From Prochlorococcus sp. AG-442-M23 (GTDB taxonomy: Bacteria > Cyanobacteriota > Cyanobacteriia > PCC-6307 > Cyanobiaceae): 64,000 nt of DNA. Below the pieces are notes generated by a model, which had not been told where the DNA came from, did no database searches, and worked only from the letters and a program-made list of their open reading frames with translations. The position numbers and the translations under genes were made by a program. The stretch lies in assembly GCA_003209655.1 (NCBI GenBank), contig QCPW01000007.1:3149-67148 (forward strand), given 5' to 3'. Shown here piece after piece: positions 20,775 through 31,018 of the stretch (positions are counted from its first letter, which is position 1; each line of letters begins with the position of its first letter).

Positions 20775-20889
20775 TACATTTTTTGTTCAAATATCATTTC
20801 GTAATTTTCAGGTCGGTCATCACAACCGTCAACCACTAGCAAATTTTCACTTAATTAGTTAGATTTTAATTATAAATATTTTACTAGCA

Positions 20890-21204
20890 ATGAGTGAATC
20901 TAACAATTTACCTCAAGCAATCAGTCATAAAAAATTAAGTTACTTGATGCTTAAGGCACAAAAAGATTCTCATTTTTCTGATGAATTAACAGAAATAGAA
21001 AGCCCCGAAAAAAGAGAATTTGAAGAGTTAATAAACAATTGGGAAGCTTCAACTAAGAAAGTAGTTAATGAATTATCAAAAAGAAAAGAGAACTTACTTA
21101 AAGATAAATCACCAAATTCATTAATTGCACTTGGTGCTATGGAAGTTCACCTAAACATGGCTTTGCAAGCCTTAAATGCATTTAATAAAGGAGTTGATGG
21201 GTAA
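20890..21204 (+). CDS. Hypothetical protein
   Basis: 104-aa ORF in an otherwise empty gap with plausible composition. No motif recognised. Confidence 0.45.
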   Translation: MSESNNLPQAISHKKLSYLMLKAQKDSHFSDELTEIESPEKREFEELINNWEASTKKVVNELSKRKENLLKDKSPNSLIALGAMEVHLNMALQALNAFNKGVDG

Positions 21205-21217
21205 TAGAAAAGATAAA

Positions 21218-21949
21218 TTATAAGGAAGGCATCGAAAATAAGAGGAAATCTAATTCTTTTTCAGTATCTATAGAGATATCATCATAATAATTAACTTCAA
21301 ATCCTAAGCCATCTCCGGATGAGAGACAAATATTTAAATTAGGATCTTCACTTTTTAATAAAAGATTACCTTCTATTATTTGTATCCAATTATATTTATC
21401 AATTTTTAATGGCAATTTTTTTTCTTTAATAGGTTTATATTTACAACGCCATAAAGATATATCTTGATTTATTAAAAGTTTCTTTTTCCCATCTAAGTAA
21501 TCAATAATGAGATTCTCTTCTATGCCATTTTTAAATGATGTTTGCTTATAATCAGGCTTAAGATTACTTTTTTTAGGATAAATCCAAATCTGAAATAACT
21601 TACAGGGTTTATTCTCTTCATTTTTCTCACTGTGAGTAATCCCAGTTCCAGCTGACATAACTTGAACTTCATTTTCATAAATTTTTCCTGCATTATTTAA
21701 TGAGTCCCGATGAGTAATTGCGCCTTTTGTTACAACAGTAATTATCTCCATGTCGGAATGAGAATGCATATTAAAGCCAGAATTTGGAGAAATAGTATCT
21801 TCATTTATGACTCTAATATTCCCAAAATTATCCCATTTTGGATCCCTATGCTCTGCAAAAGAAAATGTATGCATTGAATGCAGCCAATCTCTTCTTGATA
21901 AAAATCTATCATCGGATTTTCTTAGTTTAATGATATTAAAAACCATCAA
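21218..21949 (-). CDS. Pirin-family (bicupin) protein
   Basis: HSHSDMEIITVVTKGAITHRD matches the pirin metal-site pattern; 243 aa. Confidence 0.78.
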   Translation of the reverse strand: MMVFNIIKLRKSDDRFLSRRDWLHSMHTFSFAEHRDPKWDNFGNIRVINEDTISPNSGFNMHSHSDMEIITVVTKGAITHRDSLNNAGKIYENEVQVMSAGTGITHSEKNEENKPCKLFQIWIYPKKSNLKPDYKQTSFKNGIEENLIIDYLDGKKKLLINQDISLWRCKYKPIKEKKLPLKIDKYNWIQIIEGNLLLKSEDPNLNICLSSGDGLGFEVNYYDDISIDTEKELDFLLFSMPSL

Positions 21950-22038
21950 AATTTAAATAGAATAAAAAAATTCTAAATAATTAAAAAAAATATGTAAAAT
22001 TTTCTTTATAAATTATTCTTAAAAAGCAAATATATTAT

Positions 22039-22167
22039 TTAAAAATTTATTTTACTCTGAGCTTTAGTAGCTTTTATCAATATTTTTTTTGCTTCATCTC
22101 TTGTAAGGCATTTTTCTGCTTTAACATTTAAGTTTTTAAGTTTTTGCAGTTGCTTTGTGTTACTCAT
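22039..22167 (-). CDS. Small basic ORF candidate (42 aa)
   Basis: MSNTKQLQKLKNLNVKAEKCLTRDEAKKILIKATKAQSKINF. Translated by hand. No further support. Confidence 0.2.
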   Translation of the reverse strand: MSNTKQLQKLKNLNVKAEKCLTRDEAKKILIKATKAQSKINF

Positions 22168-22232
22168 AATTTAACTCGTTCTTAAAGACATCTTAACATA
22201 ATGTTAAATTTATTTCCTCAAAAATCTCTTCA

Positions 22233-22775
22233 TCAAATACTTTTTACAGTTTTCAGAATAGAATTATCGGAACAATATAGAGGATGTATTGGATTATCCT
22301 TGATTGTTTTCTTAATTAAAAGCGGTCCAAGAGGATTATCAAAATTACTTTTCCTAATTGAGTTATATTGCATTATTTTTTTCGATATTCTTTTATTTCT
22401 ATTTAGAAATTTCCCTTTGTTACCCCAACCTAACCATAAATCACAATTTTTATTTTCAGACCAGTATTTTAAATTTTTATAAATATGATTATTATTTAAA
22501 TACCCAACAGGGTTTTTGTGATTAAAAAGTCTTTCTGGATTACTTGAAATTAGAGCAAATAGATTGATTAATTTTACTTTGCCATAATTATTATTTTTCG
22601 AAATTTTGATTATCTTTTTTGTTGTATTATCCAAAAAAAAGGAATCTGATAATGAAGGGTTCAAACCAATAAATATGATTTCCTGTTTTGATTTAGAAAT
22701 TTCATAACTTAAACTCCATCTATATTTTTTACTTTTACTTATTGAACAATTTCTTTCGTAAAAAAATTCTTTCAA
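22233..22775 (-). CDS. DUF1643-like protein
   Basis: IFIGLNPS motif near the N-terminus; 180 aa; overlaps the upstream gene by 4 nt. Confidence 0.55.
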   Translation of the reverse strand: MKEFFYERNCSISKSKKYRWSLSYEISKSKQEIIFIGLNPSLSDSFFLDNTTKKIIKISKNNNYGKVKLINLFALISSNPERLFNHKNPVGYLNNNHIYKNLKYWSENKNCDLWLGWGNKGKFLNRNKRISKKIMQYNSIRKSNFDNPLGPLLIKKTIKDNPIHPLYCSDNSILKTVKSI

Positions 22776-23257
22776 CCTAGACCTACTCCTCTAGCCATTA
22801 AAGTTGCGAATAAAGGGATAGTTGCAAAACCAATCAATTCAGTTGTGATAATCAATTTAAATCTTTTAACAAGATTTTCTGAAATTTCAGGTAATTTATT
22901 TTTGCTCAATGGTATCGCCCATAATATATAAGTCGTTGTTGGATATAAGGACAATAATCCAACCAATATATAGAGTGATACTTTAATCCAAAATACCGGA
23001 TTACCTGTATAAAATTCGCCTCCTTGGCCAAAATATTTCACCCTTAGAATGCCTGTAACCAATATTGCCACTCCTGCTAAACCATAAATAACATCTGCAA
23101 TAATCATTGATATAGTTTGGTTTCTGTTAAGATCAACCTTTAAAGTCAACCTTTCAAACAAGAGGGATCCAAAGCAGAGAATTATCCCTAAATAATGTAT
23201 ATAAGCCACAAATGCGCTTTTAGCTATCTCACCGGTAAATAAAGTTCCTATTAACAT
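22772..23257 (-). CDS. Integral membrane protein (about five TM helices)
   Basis: 161 aa, strongly hydrophobic, overlaps 22233..22775 by 4 nt. Confidence 0.55.
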   Translation of the reverse strand: MLIGTLFTGEIAKSAFVAYIHYLGIILCFGSLLFERLTLKVDLNRNQTISMIIADVIYGLAGVAILVTGILRVKYFGQGGEFYTGNPVFWIKVSLYILVGLLSLYPTTTYILWAIPLSKNKLPEISENLVKRFKLIITTELIGFATIPLFATLMARGVGLG

Positions 23258-23341
23258 TTTTGAGTCAAAATTTATACAATACTAGCTTTTTTAATAGCTA
23301 TTCGTCCAAAAAATTCGCGCAAAAAAATTATATCTTAGATT

Positions 23342-24091
23342 TTAAGATTCTAAGAACCTTTTCTGTCCAACTTCAAAGGAGTCTTTTTTGTTCCATACCT
23401 CAACTACATCTGGGAAATGCTTTTCCATACAAACATCACACACTCCATGACTAAATCTGATATCACTTATTTTTGAGAGGTATTTTTCTAGATGCATCCA
23501 ATCACCATTATCATTTTTTACTTCCCTGCAATAAGAACAGACGGATAATATACCTTCCTGTTTATGTAAGTTCGATAAAGCCTCTAATAAATTTAAAGAT
23601 TTTTTTCTCAATTCCAAGAATGAAACTATTTGCTTGGACAATAATTCCATTACATTGTATTGCTTTGGAGAGAGATTACCAGGTTTCCTATCAATAACGC
23701 ATAAAGTCCCAAGTTTATTACCATCTTGATTTTTTAGAGGGAACCCAGCATAAAACCTAATTTTAGGATCGCCAGTTACTAAGGGATTATTTATAAATCT
23801 TTCATCCTGAAAAGCATCCTCCACAATTAATGGACTATTTTCTTTTATTGCGTGAGTACAAAAGGACCAATCTCTTTTTGTTTCATTAATTTCAAGGCCA
23901 ATTTTTGACTTAAACCATTGCTTATCCTTGTCAACTAAAGTCATTAAAGATATTGGAACATCACATGTTGAAGCTGCTATTTTTGTAATGTCGTCATAGC
24001 AAGCTTCTGGTTTTGTCCCCAATATCCTATATTCGGCTAATGCTTTTAACCTTCTTTCTTCTTCTTCCTGTTTAGGAATTAGATTTTGCAT
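23342..24091 (-). CDS. GAF-domain protein with a C-terminal Cys cluster
   Basis: GAF-like core (FYAGFPL...GTLCVID) plus CSYC...HGVCDVC. Confidence 0.68.
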   Translation of the reverse strand: MQNLIPKQEEEERRLKALAEYRILGTKPEACYDDITKIAASTCDVPISLMTLVDKDKQWFKSKIGLEINETKRDWSFCTHAIKENSPLIVEDAFQDERFINNPLVTGDPKIRFYAGFPLKNQDGNKLGTLCVIDRKPGNLSPKQYNVMELLSKQIVSFLELRKKSLNLLEALSNLHKQEGILSVCSYCREVKNDNGDWMHLEKYLSKISDIRFSHGVCDVCMEKHFPDVVEVWNKKDSFEVGQKRFLES

Positions 24092-24176
24092 CTTTATTTT
24101 TTAGTTTTTTAACTTTAAAATTAATCACTCGTTAAAAACCTTTTCACCTTTAATACTTAATAAAAAAAAGATAAAC

Positions 24177-25424
24177 TTATTGATTTGTTACTTTATTAAA
24201 TAACTTTGAGACTGCTTTACCAGCGAGCCATCCACTAGTCCAACAATGTTGAAAATTAAACCCCCCAGTAATACCGTCTACATCAAGAACCTCCCCAGAA
24301 AAAAATAACCCTGGACATTTTAAACTTTCCATACTTTTAAAATTGACTTCATTAATTGATACTCCTCCAGAAGTGACAAATTCCTCCTTAAATGGACCTT
24401 TACTAGAGATTGTATATTTGTCCTTTAAGAGAATATTGATCATTTTCTCTCTTTCATTAGCTAGTAAATCTGACCACTTCTTATCCTTGTCAATTTCCAT
24501 TTTATTTAATAAAAACAACCATAATCTTTTAGGTAATAACGTGAGTGGTCTTAAATTAGTTAAGTTTAATTTGCCATTATTTAATTTAAAGTTATTTATT
24601 TTTTCTTTTAAATCTTTATATTCTAAATCAGACCATTTAACTATAAGAGTGCATTTATATTTCTGGTCAAATAATTCTCTTGCTGCTATTGAAGAGAGCT
24701 TTAAAATAACAGGACCGCTAAATCCCCAATGGGTAATGAGTAAATCTCCCCTATTTTTAAAAGACTTATTATTTAGTTGGATTTCAATATCTATATTTTT
24801 AATAGATACCCCACTACATTCATTCAACTTAGTTTCTTTAGTCGTTAAAGTAAAAAGCGATGGAACAGGTCTTACTATGCTATGCCCAAGGCTTTTAGCT
24901 AATCTGTACCCACTAGGGTGGCCACCAGTCGAAAGAATAATATTTTTAGTAATTATCAAATTTTTTTCACTATCTAAAATCGTAAAAAGATTTTCAGGAG
25001 TCTTTAAAATTTCTTTTACAAAGAATTTAGTTGATATCTTTACACCTTTGGTAATTGCATTTTTTTTTAAGCAATTTATTACATCTAAAGATGAATCCGA
25101 TGCCGGGAAAACTCTATTATCTGCTTCAATCTTTAATTTCAATCCTCTTTTCTCAAACCAATCAAATACATCCCCAGCAGCAAAACGATTAAATGATTCT
25201 AAAAGCTTAACTCCACCTCGAGGATAATTTTCTGCTAACTCATTTGGTATCCATGATGCATTTGTTAAATTGCATCTACCTCCTCCACTTATTCTTACTT
25301 TCTCCATAAGTTTTGTAGAGCTCTCAAGAATTATTATCTTTTTAACTCCGTTTTCAGCTGCAGTGACGGCTGTCATAAAACCTGCTGCACCACCACCAAC
25401 CACTACTAAATCAAAAGGATCCAA
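24177..25424 (-). CDS. HI0933/YhiN-family flavoprotein
   Basis: VVVGGGAAGFMTA dinucleotide fold and GGGRCNLTN motif; 415 aa. Confidence 0.87.
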   Translation of the reverse strand: MDPFDLVVVGGGAAGFMTAVTAAENGVKKIIILESSTKLMEKVRISGGGRCNLTNASWIPNELAENYPRGGVKLLESFNRFAAGDVFDWFEKRGLKLKIEADNRVFPASDSSLDVINCLKKNAITKGVKISTKFFVKEILKTPENLFTILDSEKNLIITKNIILSTGGHPSGYRLAKSLGHSIVRPVPSLFTLTTKETKLNECSGVSIKNIDIEIQLNNKSFKNRGDLLITHWGFSGPVILKLSSIAARELFDQKYKCTLIVKWSDLEYKDLKEKINNFKLNNGKLNLTNLRPLTLLPKRLWLFLLNKMEIDKDKKWSDLLANEREKMINILLKDKYTISSKGPFKEEFVTSGGVSINEVNFKSMESLKCPGLFFSGEVLDVDGITGGFNFQHCWTSGWLAGKAVSKLFNKVTNQ

Positions 25425-25615
25425 AAATTTAAGCGCCGAATTTTTTCCTTTCTTTGATAATGGTAGTACAGTTTATCAAAAAAAAAAAGATTTCAACTAA
25501 AAAATTTCTATGACAAGATTTAATCATCTCGAGTATTGAGAGTTAACAATAAAAACATCTTAAATTTTTGGTTTACATAAACACGCAACTATCTTTTATA
25601 CATTATTTTAGTTAA

Positions 25616-25852
25616 ATGACTAATTTCTTCTCCTACGTCAAATATTCAGAAGCTAGTTTTCCAATGACAGGTCAATATACTGCTCTTTTACTTATAACTA
25701 CAATTATTTGGATACTTCTTTGGATTGGCTATAGACAAAATAAAATAAACGATGAAATCAAGAAAAAGGAGAAGGAAGAAAGAATTAATGCGAAAAAAGA
25801 AAGGGAAAAAAAACTAGAAAGTTTATATCCAATTAGAAAAACTAACTTTTAA
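25616..25852 (+). CDS. Small membrane protein with a Lys/Glu-rich tail
   Basis: One TM helix (ALLLITTIIWILLWIGY) followed by a KKKEKEERINAKKEREKK tail. The start may be the internal Met. Confidence 0.4.
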   Translation: MTNFFSYVKYSEASFPMTGQYTALLLITTIIWILLWIGYRQNKINDEIKKKEKEERINAKKEREKKLESLYPIRKTNF

Positions 25853-25857
25853 AAGAA

Positions 25858-26010
25858 TTAAATTGAATTCACTTCAGATTTACTTTTAAATTCGCTTCTA
25901 ACTTCAATAAGTTTTGAAATTTCTTGGTTAAGTTCTTCTTCAGAATTAAAACCTAACTCGTCGTAAGGTTCTAGGCCTAATGAAGCTTGATGTTTGTTAA
26001 TAAACTCCAT
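25858..26010 (-). CDS. Small acidic ORF candidate (50 aa)
   Basis: MEFINKHQASLGLEPYDELGFNSEEELNQEISKLIEVRSEFKSKSEVNSI; hand translation with no internal stops. Confidence 0.3.
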   Translation of the reverse strand: MEFINKHQASLGLEPYDELGFNSEEELNQEISKLIEVRSEFKSKSEVNSI

Positions 26011-26400
26011 TACTAACTACAAACTATAATTTTAATAATATATAACTGTTTAATTAAGGTAATTACTTAGTGATTAATTCAACATATTAGAAAGTGTTAT
26101 TAACCTTTAAAATAAAAACATTTAATTTCTAAAAGTTCTCCTATAAATTTATACAATTAAGAATCTCTATATTCATTAAATGTATAAAATTTATATGTAA
26201 ATTTCTTAATTCATTAGTACCTAATTTCCGCTTTGAGACTTTATATTATTTAAAAATAGTAAAAAGTCTTTAAGTAATCATGGGAACTAATCGATTTAAG
26301 TCATTAGTACAATATCTACCGGGCTTTCTAATTCTTCTATACGTTTTCTTTTTAGGAGTAACACAATTTATAAAGTAAAAATTTTTAAAAATTATTAACT

Positions 26401-27276
26401 TTGATTGGAATAATTTCAGCTTTTGGAGCAGCTATATCTTGGACTTATGCATGCTTTATATGGCGTTCTCATACTAAAAAGTATGAATCGATTGACATTA
26501 ACTTAATAAAAAATGTAATAGCATTTCTAATTTTTCTACCTGCATTTTTTAATTTTCACATTTTAACTGATTTTAAATCTTTACTGATTCTTTTGCTTAG
26601 CGGAGTTGTTGGTATAGGTTTAGGAGATACTTTTTATATAAAGTCATTACAAGTAATTGGGACAAGAAGAACTCTATCTATAGAAGCATTATCACCACTC
26701 TTAGCATCATTATTCGGTGAAACATTTATTAATGAAAATTTATCTCTTAGATCTTACATAGGGATAATCATTACATCATTTTCACTTTTCATTCTACTCA
26801 GGCAAAGAACTAATCTTTTGATACATAATCAAACAAAATCTAAAAAAGAAAAAAATTTTAAAATTTATATATTTCCTCTTTTATCAGTCTTATGTGCTGT
26901 TTTAGGTGGTCTTTTGACACGAATTGTCTTTTTAGAAAAAGATTTATCTCCTTTCCAAACAACAGAAATCAGGTTGCTTGGAGCAATAATATTTTTAATA
27001 ACAATAAAAAATTTTAAAGTTAATTTCTTTTTAAAGAGATTAGACAATAATTCTCAAAAAAAGTTTCTACTCTCAATATTTTTAGGAACAAATTTAGGGA
27101 TATTACTACAACAAATAGTTTTCAAGAATCTTCCTCTGGGAATAGGTTGGACCATACTTAGTATATCGCCTGTGATTTCTCTTTTTTTCGCAACAAAAGA
27201 AGAAGGTCAAATAACAAAAGTCGTAATATTCTTTACCACGTTATTATTTTTAGGTTTATGTTTAATAATTCTATAA
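26401..27276 (+). CDS. EamA/DMT-superfamily transporter
   Basis: About ten TM helices in two halves; GLGDTFY and GAIIFL patterns; TTG start in the track. Confidence 0.68.
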   Translation: MIGIISAFGAAISWTYACFIWRSHTKKYESIDINLIKNVIAFLIFLPAFFNFHILTDFKSLLILLLSGVVGIGLGDTFYIKSLQVIGTRRTLSIEALSPLLASLFGETFINENLSLRSYIGIIITSFSLFILLRQRTNLLIHNQTKSKKEKNFKIYIFPLLSVLCAVLGGLLTRIVFLEKDLSPFQTTEIRLLGAIIFLITIKNFKVNFFLKRLDNNSQKKFLLSIFLGTNLGILLQQIVFKNLPLGIGWTILSISPVISLFFATKEEGQITKVVIFFTTLLFLGLCLIIL

Positions 27277-27351
27277 AAGTAATTATGTGTAGTAAATACT
27301 CATGTTATCAAAAAGAACTATAAATAAAATTATTTTAGAAACTTTTAAAAT

Positions 27352-27468
27352 ATGAAAATCCTAAAGAAAAAGAGACTTGGTATTTTTGAAGTATATTTAA
27401 TATTTTTATCATGTATTTACGCCGGTTTTATAGGTTATAAGTCCTTATTAAATACATTTTTTACCTAG
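27352..27468 (+). CDS. Small membrane ORF candidate (38 aa)
   Basis: MKILKKKRLGIFEVYLIFLSCIYAGFIGYKSLLNTFFT. Only the ORF and its hydrophobicity support it. Confidence 0.2.
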   Translation: MKILKKKRLGIFEVYLIFLSCIYAGFIGYKSLLNTFFT

Positions 27469-27469
27469 G

Positions 27470-27604
27470 CTAATTTATTTTTTGAGCCGATTTTATCAAG
27501 TGTCCTCCATCTTGATCATCATCATCGCTTGAGGCGAAAAACAAGCAATATATCCCTATTGATGCTATTGATATTGAAATAGAAAGGGCTGAGAGTTCGT
27601 CCAT
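27470..27604 (-). CDS. Small TM peptide with a DDDDQDGG acidic motif (44 aa)
   Basis: MDELSALSISISIASIGIYCLFFASSDDDDQDGGHLIKSAQKIN. Same TM-plus-acidic-motif layout as 28753..28932. Confidence 0.4.
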   Translation of the reverse strand: MDELSALSISISIASIGIYCLFFASSDDDDQDGGHLIKSAQKIN

Positions 27605-28091
27605 CAAAAGAAGAATTTATTAAATACTAATAGAAAAATAAAGAAAAGCTTGTTTATTAATTAATAGTCTTCAAATGTAGTTTGAATTTTCAACTTATTT
27701 ATAAAAAACGTATTAGATTTAAGGAATGGTGAATGTTATTATCAAATCGCCATGCAGGGCAAGATTGACTATCCAGTATGGAATTCTGACTTAGTACATT
27801 TGGGAATACGGGCTAAGCAATTTCCCATGAAACTACGATGAGCAAGATTTTTGCTAAATATATGAAAGGCAAAGCAAATTTTAAGACTTAGGCATTAGAG
27901 AGTTACTTTATTCAATCAAAAGACTAAGTTAAATTTCTCAAGGCACTTTCTTGCAATTACCAAATAATTAAAAGTATAAAAAAAGTAATTTAAATAATTA
28001 GAATAGTCTTAAAATGTTTCTCTTATCAATTAACCAATTTTGATTATTAAGGTACTATTAGCTGGTAAATTACTCATAAAAATATAATTTT

Positions 28092-28262
28092 ATGACTTTC
28101 ACTGACAATGAATACTTTGAAGTAATCCAAAAAAACGAAAAAGTCCAAGATGCATTCGAAAAAATAAAAAAAACATGTATTAATTTACAAAAACAAACAA
28201 ATTGTCCAGAAGAAGATATTGAAAATTTTCTAATATTTATCTCTAAACAATGGAATAATTAA
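28092..28262 (+). CDS. Small ORF candidate (56 aa)
   Basis: MTFTDNEYFEVIQKNEKVQDAFEKIKKTCINLQKQTNCPEEDIENFLIFISKQWNN; ORF only. Confidence 0.3.
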   Translation: MTFTDNEYFEVIQKNEKVQDAFEKIKKTCINLQKQTNCPEEDIENFLIFISKQWNN

Positions 28263-28325
28263 AAATTTATAAATCTTCCTAAATGATTTGATTGTTAAAA
28301 TCTTTTAAAGTTATTTATCATTTTC

Positions 28326-28460
28326 TCAAGTTTCAAAATCTTTTTTAGGAACTGTATTTATACTCGATGTTCCCTTTGCCGCTGATACAAAGAAAAAGAA
28401 ACCTACTATTCCCGAAATACCGAAAATTGCAGCTAAAGGATCAAAAGTGAAAGAGAACAT
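28326..28460 (-). CDS. Small TM peptide candidate (44 aa)
   Basis: MFSFTFDPLAAIFGISGIVGFFFFVSAAKGTSSINTVPKKDFET. Confidence 0.3.
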   Translation of the reverse strand: MFSFTFDPLAAIFGISGIVGFFFFVSAAKGTSSINTVPKKDFET

Positions 28461-28752
28461 AAAAAACTATAAAATCAAAATAAATAATAGTTTTTGAATT
28501 CAAATTGTACAATTATTGTTAAGTAACATAAGTTACAAGAACGTATCTCAATGTGTCAAAATAAATCTTTAGTTTTAGTTAAATAACAAATAAAATTTCA
28601 AAAAATAGAGTTTATTTTTATTTATTTATGATCTCAACATTTTATATCTAAGGTGTAATGCTATAAATTTATAACCTATTTTATAAAAACATCAGTCTAG
28701 AAAACTGAACAAAATATCCACAATTTAAATTTTTTTTTATTATAGTTTTGGT

Positions 28753-28932
28753 ATGATAGATTTTCCTTCTGCTTCAACTGCAATAAATCCATTAACTGCA
28801 ATATTATGGTGTTTCTACCCATTATCAATATTAGTGTTGGTTGAATTATTTTTGGGTGGTGGATTCGATGATGATAATGATGACCAAGACGGAGGAATGA
28901 TGATACCTGCATATTCAACTACTAATAATTAA
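28753..28932 (+). CDS. Small TM peptide with a DDDNDDQDGG acidic motif (59 aa)
   Basis: MIDFPSASTAINPLTAILWCFYPLSILVLVELFLGGGFDDDNDDQDGGMMIPAYSTTNN. Paralogue of 27470..27604. I prefer it to the opposite-strand His-rich track ORF 28697..28918. Confidence 0.45.
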   Translation: MIDFPSASTAINPLTAILWCFYPLSILVLVELFLGGGFDDDNDDQDGGMMIPAYSTTNN

Positions 28933-29279
28933 AATAATATTCAAAATAGATAGCTTACAATTCTAAATGAATTAACGCTTATACCAGTACAAATTGGACA
29001 GTTTATTACTTACATCGTTAGTTTTTTTGGCAATTTTTATTGTCATATTTTTGTCTTGGCTAGTAATTAATACTATGCAAGAAGGAAAAGAGGCTTTAGA
29101 AAAAATGAGGAGAGATTTAAAATAAATATCTTTTTCTCTTCAGAAATATGTAAATAAATCAAAAAATACAAACTGCAACGATACTTTAAGTAGTTAAAAG
29201 TATATTTTAATTTTATTAGAAATTACTTATTATTGAGTTAATATTTGTTTTAATAAATTTTTTCTGAAGATTACTCAAA

Positions 29280-29372
29280 ATGCATCTTAATTCTTTACTT
29301 TATGTATTTTCTATATCTTTATTTATTTATGTCATGGCTCTCTTTTGGAGAGATCTACCTAATCAAAAATAG
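29280..29372 (+). CDS. Small TM peptide candidate (30 aa)
   Basis: MHLNSLLYVFSISLFIYVMALFWRDLPNQK; ORF only. Confidence 0.2.
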   Translation: MHLNSLLYVFSISLFIYVMALFWRDLPNQK

Positions 29373-29456
29373 AAGTGAAATATAATTATTATTAATATTG
29401 TTGCCGAAACAACAAAATTTAGTTATTAATTTAATAATGTTTCTATTACTTAATAA

Positions 29457-29621
29457 ATGCAAATAGAGTCTTCAAATAATCCAAAAGGAAAGTATTTTTC
29501 TAACTCATTGAAAATTGAAGATGAAAATATTAATTGTAAGGATGGTTTTTGTCCATTACCTATTAAAAATGAAAATCAAAGTACCAAAAATAATAAAGTG
29601 AATTTATTTGATCCTATTTAA
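29457..29621 (+). CDS. Small ORF candidate (54 aa) with a CKDGFC motif
   Basis: MQIESSNNPKGKYFSNSLKIEDENINCKDGFCPLPIKNENQSTKNNKVNLFDPI. Confidence 0.3.
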   Translation: MQIESSNNPKGKYFSNSLKIEDENINCKDGFCPLPIKNENQSTKNNKVNLFDPI

Positions 29622-29709
29622 TTTTTAGAAACTAAATATGTGAAGTAAAACTTTTAAATATATTTTCTAAAATATAAATTTATAACGTTAATAATAAAAA
29701 TAAGAGCTT

Positions 29710-30045
29710 ATGTACAAAAATTTTTTTAAAGCCTATCAAGAATTTTGGTTAAAAGCTACTGACTTTAATAGTAAAACCTCCAGATCCGATTGGTGGTTGG
29801 TCCAATTGGCAAATCTTATTATATCTATTTTTACTATCCCAATATTTTTAAGAACATTTGGCTTTAACATCTATGGAATCATCTGTATAATCCCTCAAAT
29901 AGCTATCGATATTAGAAGATTGAGAGATTTTGGAAAGGACTGGAAATGGATTTTTATCAATTTTATTCCAATATTAGGATGGATAATATGGTTTATATGG
30001 CTCGGGTTTGGGAAGTCAGGGGTTGGAAAATCAAAATTTATTTAA
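29710..30045 (+). CDS. DUF805-like inner-membrane protein
   Basis: SRSDWWLVQLANLI followed by three TM helices, as in YhaH/DUF805 proteins. Confidence 0.55.
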   Translation: MYKNFFKAYQEFWLKATDFNSKTSRSDWWLVQLANLIISIFTIPIFLRTFGFNIYGIICIIPQIAIDIRRLRDFGKDWKWIFINFIPILGWIIWFIWLGFGKSGVGKSKFI

Positions 30046-30131
30046 AATTTTAATTTTTTGACCCAATATCATTATCCATTAACTCGAAAGTAAAAATTTA
30101 AGCAGTTTATTAAAAAAAATTTTTTACTTTC

Positions 30132-30461
30132 TTACTTTTTTACTTTTTCTCTTTTTTTAAAATCTACAAAAGTTACCTTATTTCGAAACTCTAATTGTTT
30201 TTTTAAAATTCTAAATACATGGCATTCACATTCAGTTAACTTTTGAAATTGATCTAAAGTGTCTTTATCCTCTTCATCAAATTTATCAAAAATATCTGAT
30301 ATACCCAAACTGTTTACTTCAATAAATTTCTCTGCTACGTCGGCGGGATTCTGGCCTGATGCAAAGTCTTTAAAAGCCTCATAAGAATTTAATTTTCTAG
30401 TTAACCAATCTAACCATAACTCTGAATCATTATTAATTCCTTTTCTAACTATTTTTTTCAT
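30132..30461 (-). CDS. Hypothetical protein, paralogue of 19001..19267
   Basis: See 19001..19267: shared motif order over about 75 residues. Confidence 0.55.
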   Translation of the reverse strand: MKKIVRKGINNDSELWLDWLTRKLNSYEAFKDFASGQNPADVAEKFIEVNSLGISDIFDKFDEEDKDTLDQFQKLTECECHVFRILKKQLEFRNKVTFVDFKKREKVKK

Positions 30462-30698
30462 AAAAAGATAATAACTATATTAATGATTATTGTTAATTCT
30501 CTATTTGGCACCTGTAAAATTACTCATAATTGATAAATAATAACCTAAAAAATTTGTAATATATTTTTAGATACAAAAAAACTACTTTTTATGAAAAATA
30601 AATCCAATAGGTAAAAATAATTAATGGTTATTTAAAAAATAAAGTTTCGAATTCAAGACTTTAAGTTTTTAATACTAATTTTTGAATTATAAGAGGAT

Positions 30699-30854
30699 AT
30701 GGACAAGCAGCACCTTGTAGAATTAATCTCTAGCAGTTTGATTTATGAAAATCAAACACTTAACTCAAGAGAAACTTCTAATGAAATTATTAATTATTTA
30801 AATAGATTAAATTTAGATCAATTAAGAACAATGTCTAAAGAATTTATTCTTTAG
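30699..30854 (+). CDS. Small ORF candidate (51 aa)
   Basis: AAGAGGA Shine-Dalgarno-like sequence ending 3 nt before the ATG. MDKQHLVELISSSLIYENQTLNSRETSNEIINYLNRLNLDQLRTMSKEFIL. Confidence 0.35.
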   Translation: MDKQHLVELISSSLIYENQTLNSRETSNEIINYLNRLNLDQLRTMSKEFIL

Positions 30855-31018
30855 ACTTTAAAGTCATAAAAATTAAATATCTTGAATAAAAAAACAAATT
30901 ATATGAAAATGAACCAATATAAAAGTTTTGAATTCAGTTTCATATATTTACAAATTTATTACACTCCCACGATAACTTTTAAATAAACTATCCTTAGAGT
31001 TTACTAGCAGGAAAATAT

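Noticed and set aside
24343-25227. 294-aa plus-strand ORF in the supplied track
   Set aside because: It lies entirely antisense to the well-supported HI0933-family flavoprotein gene. Its Leu/Ser/Phe-rich low-complexity translation is typical of a shadow frame in AT-rich DNA.
28697-28918. 73-aa minus-strand His-rich ORF in the track
   Set aside because: It is the complement of an Asp-codon run. The plus-strand 59-aa ORF has a paralogue with the same TM-plus-DDDDQDGG layout, so the plus frame is the better call.
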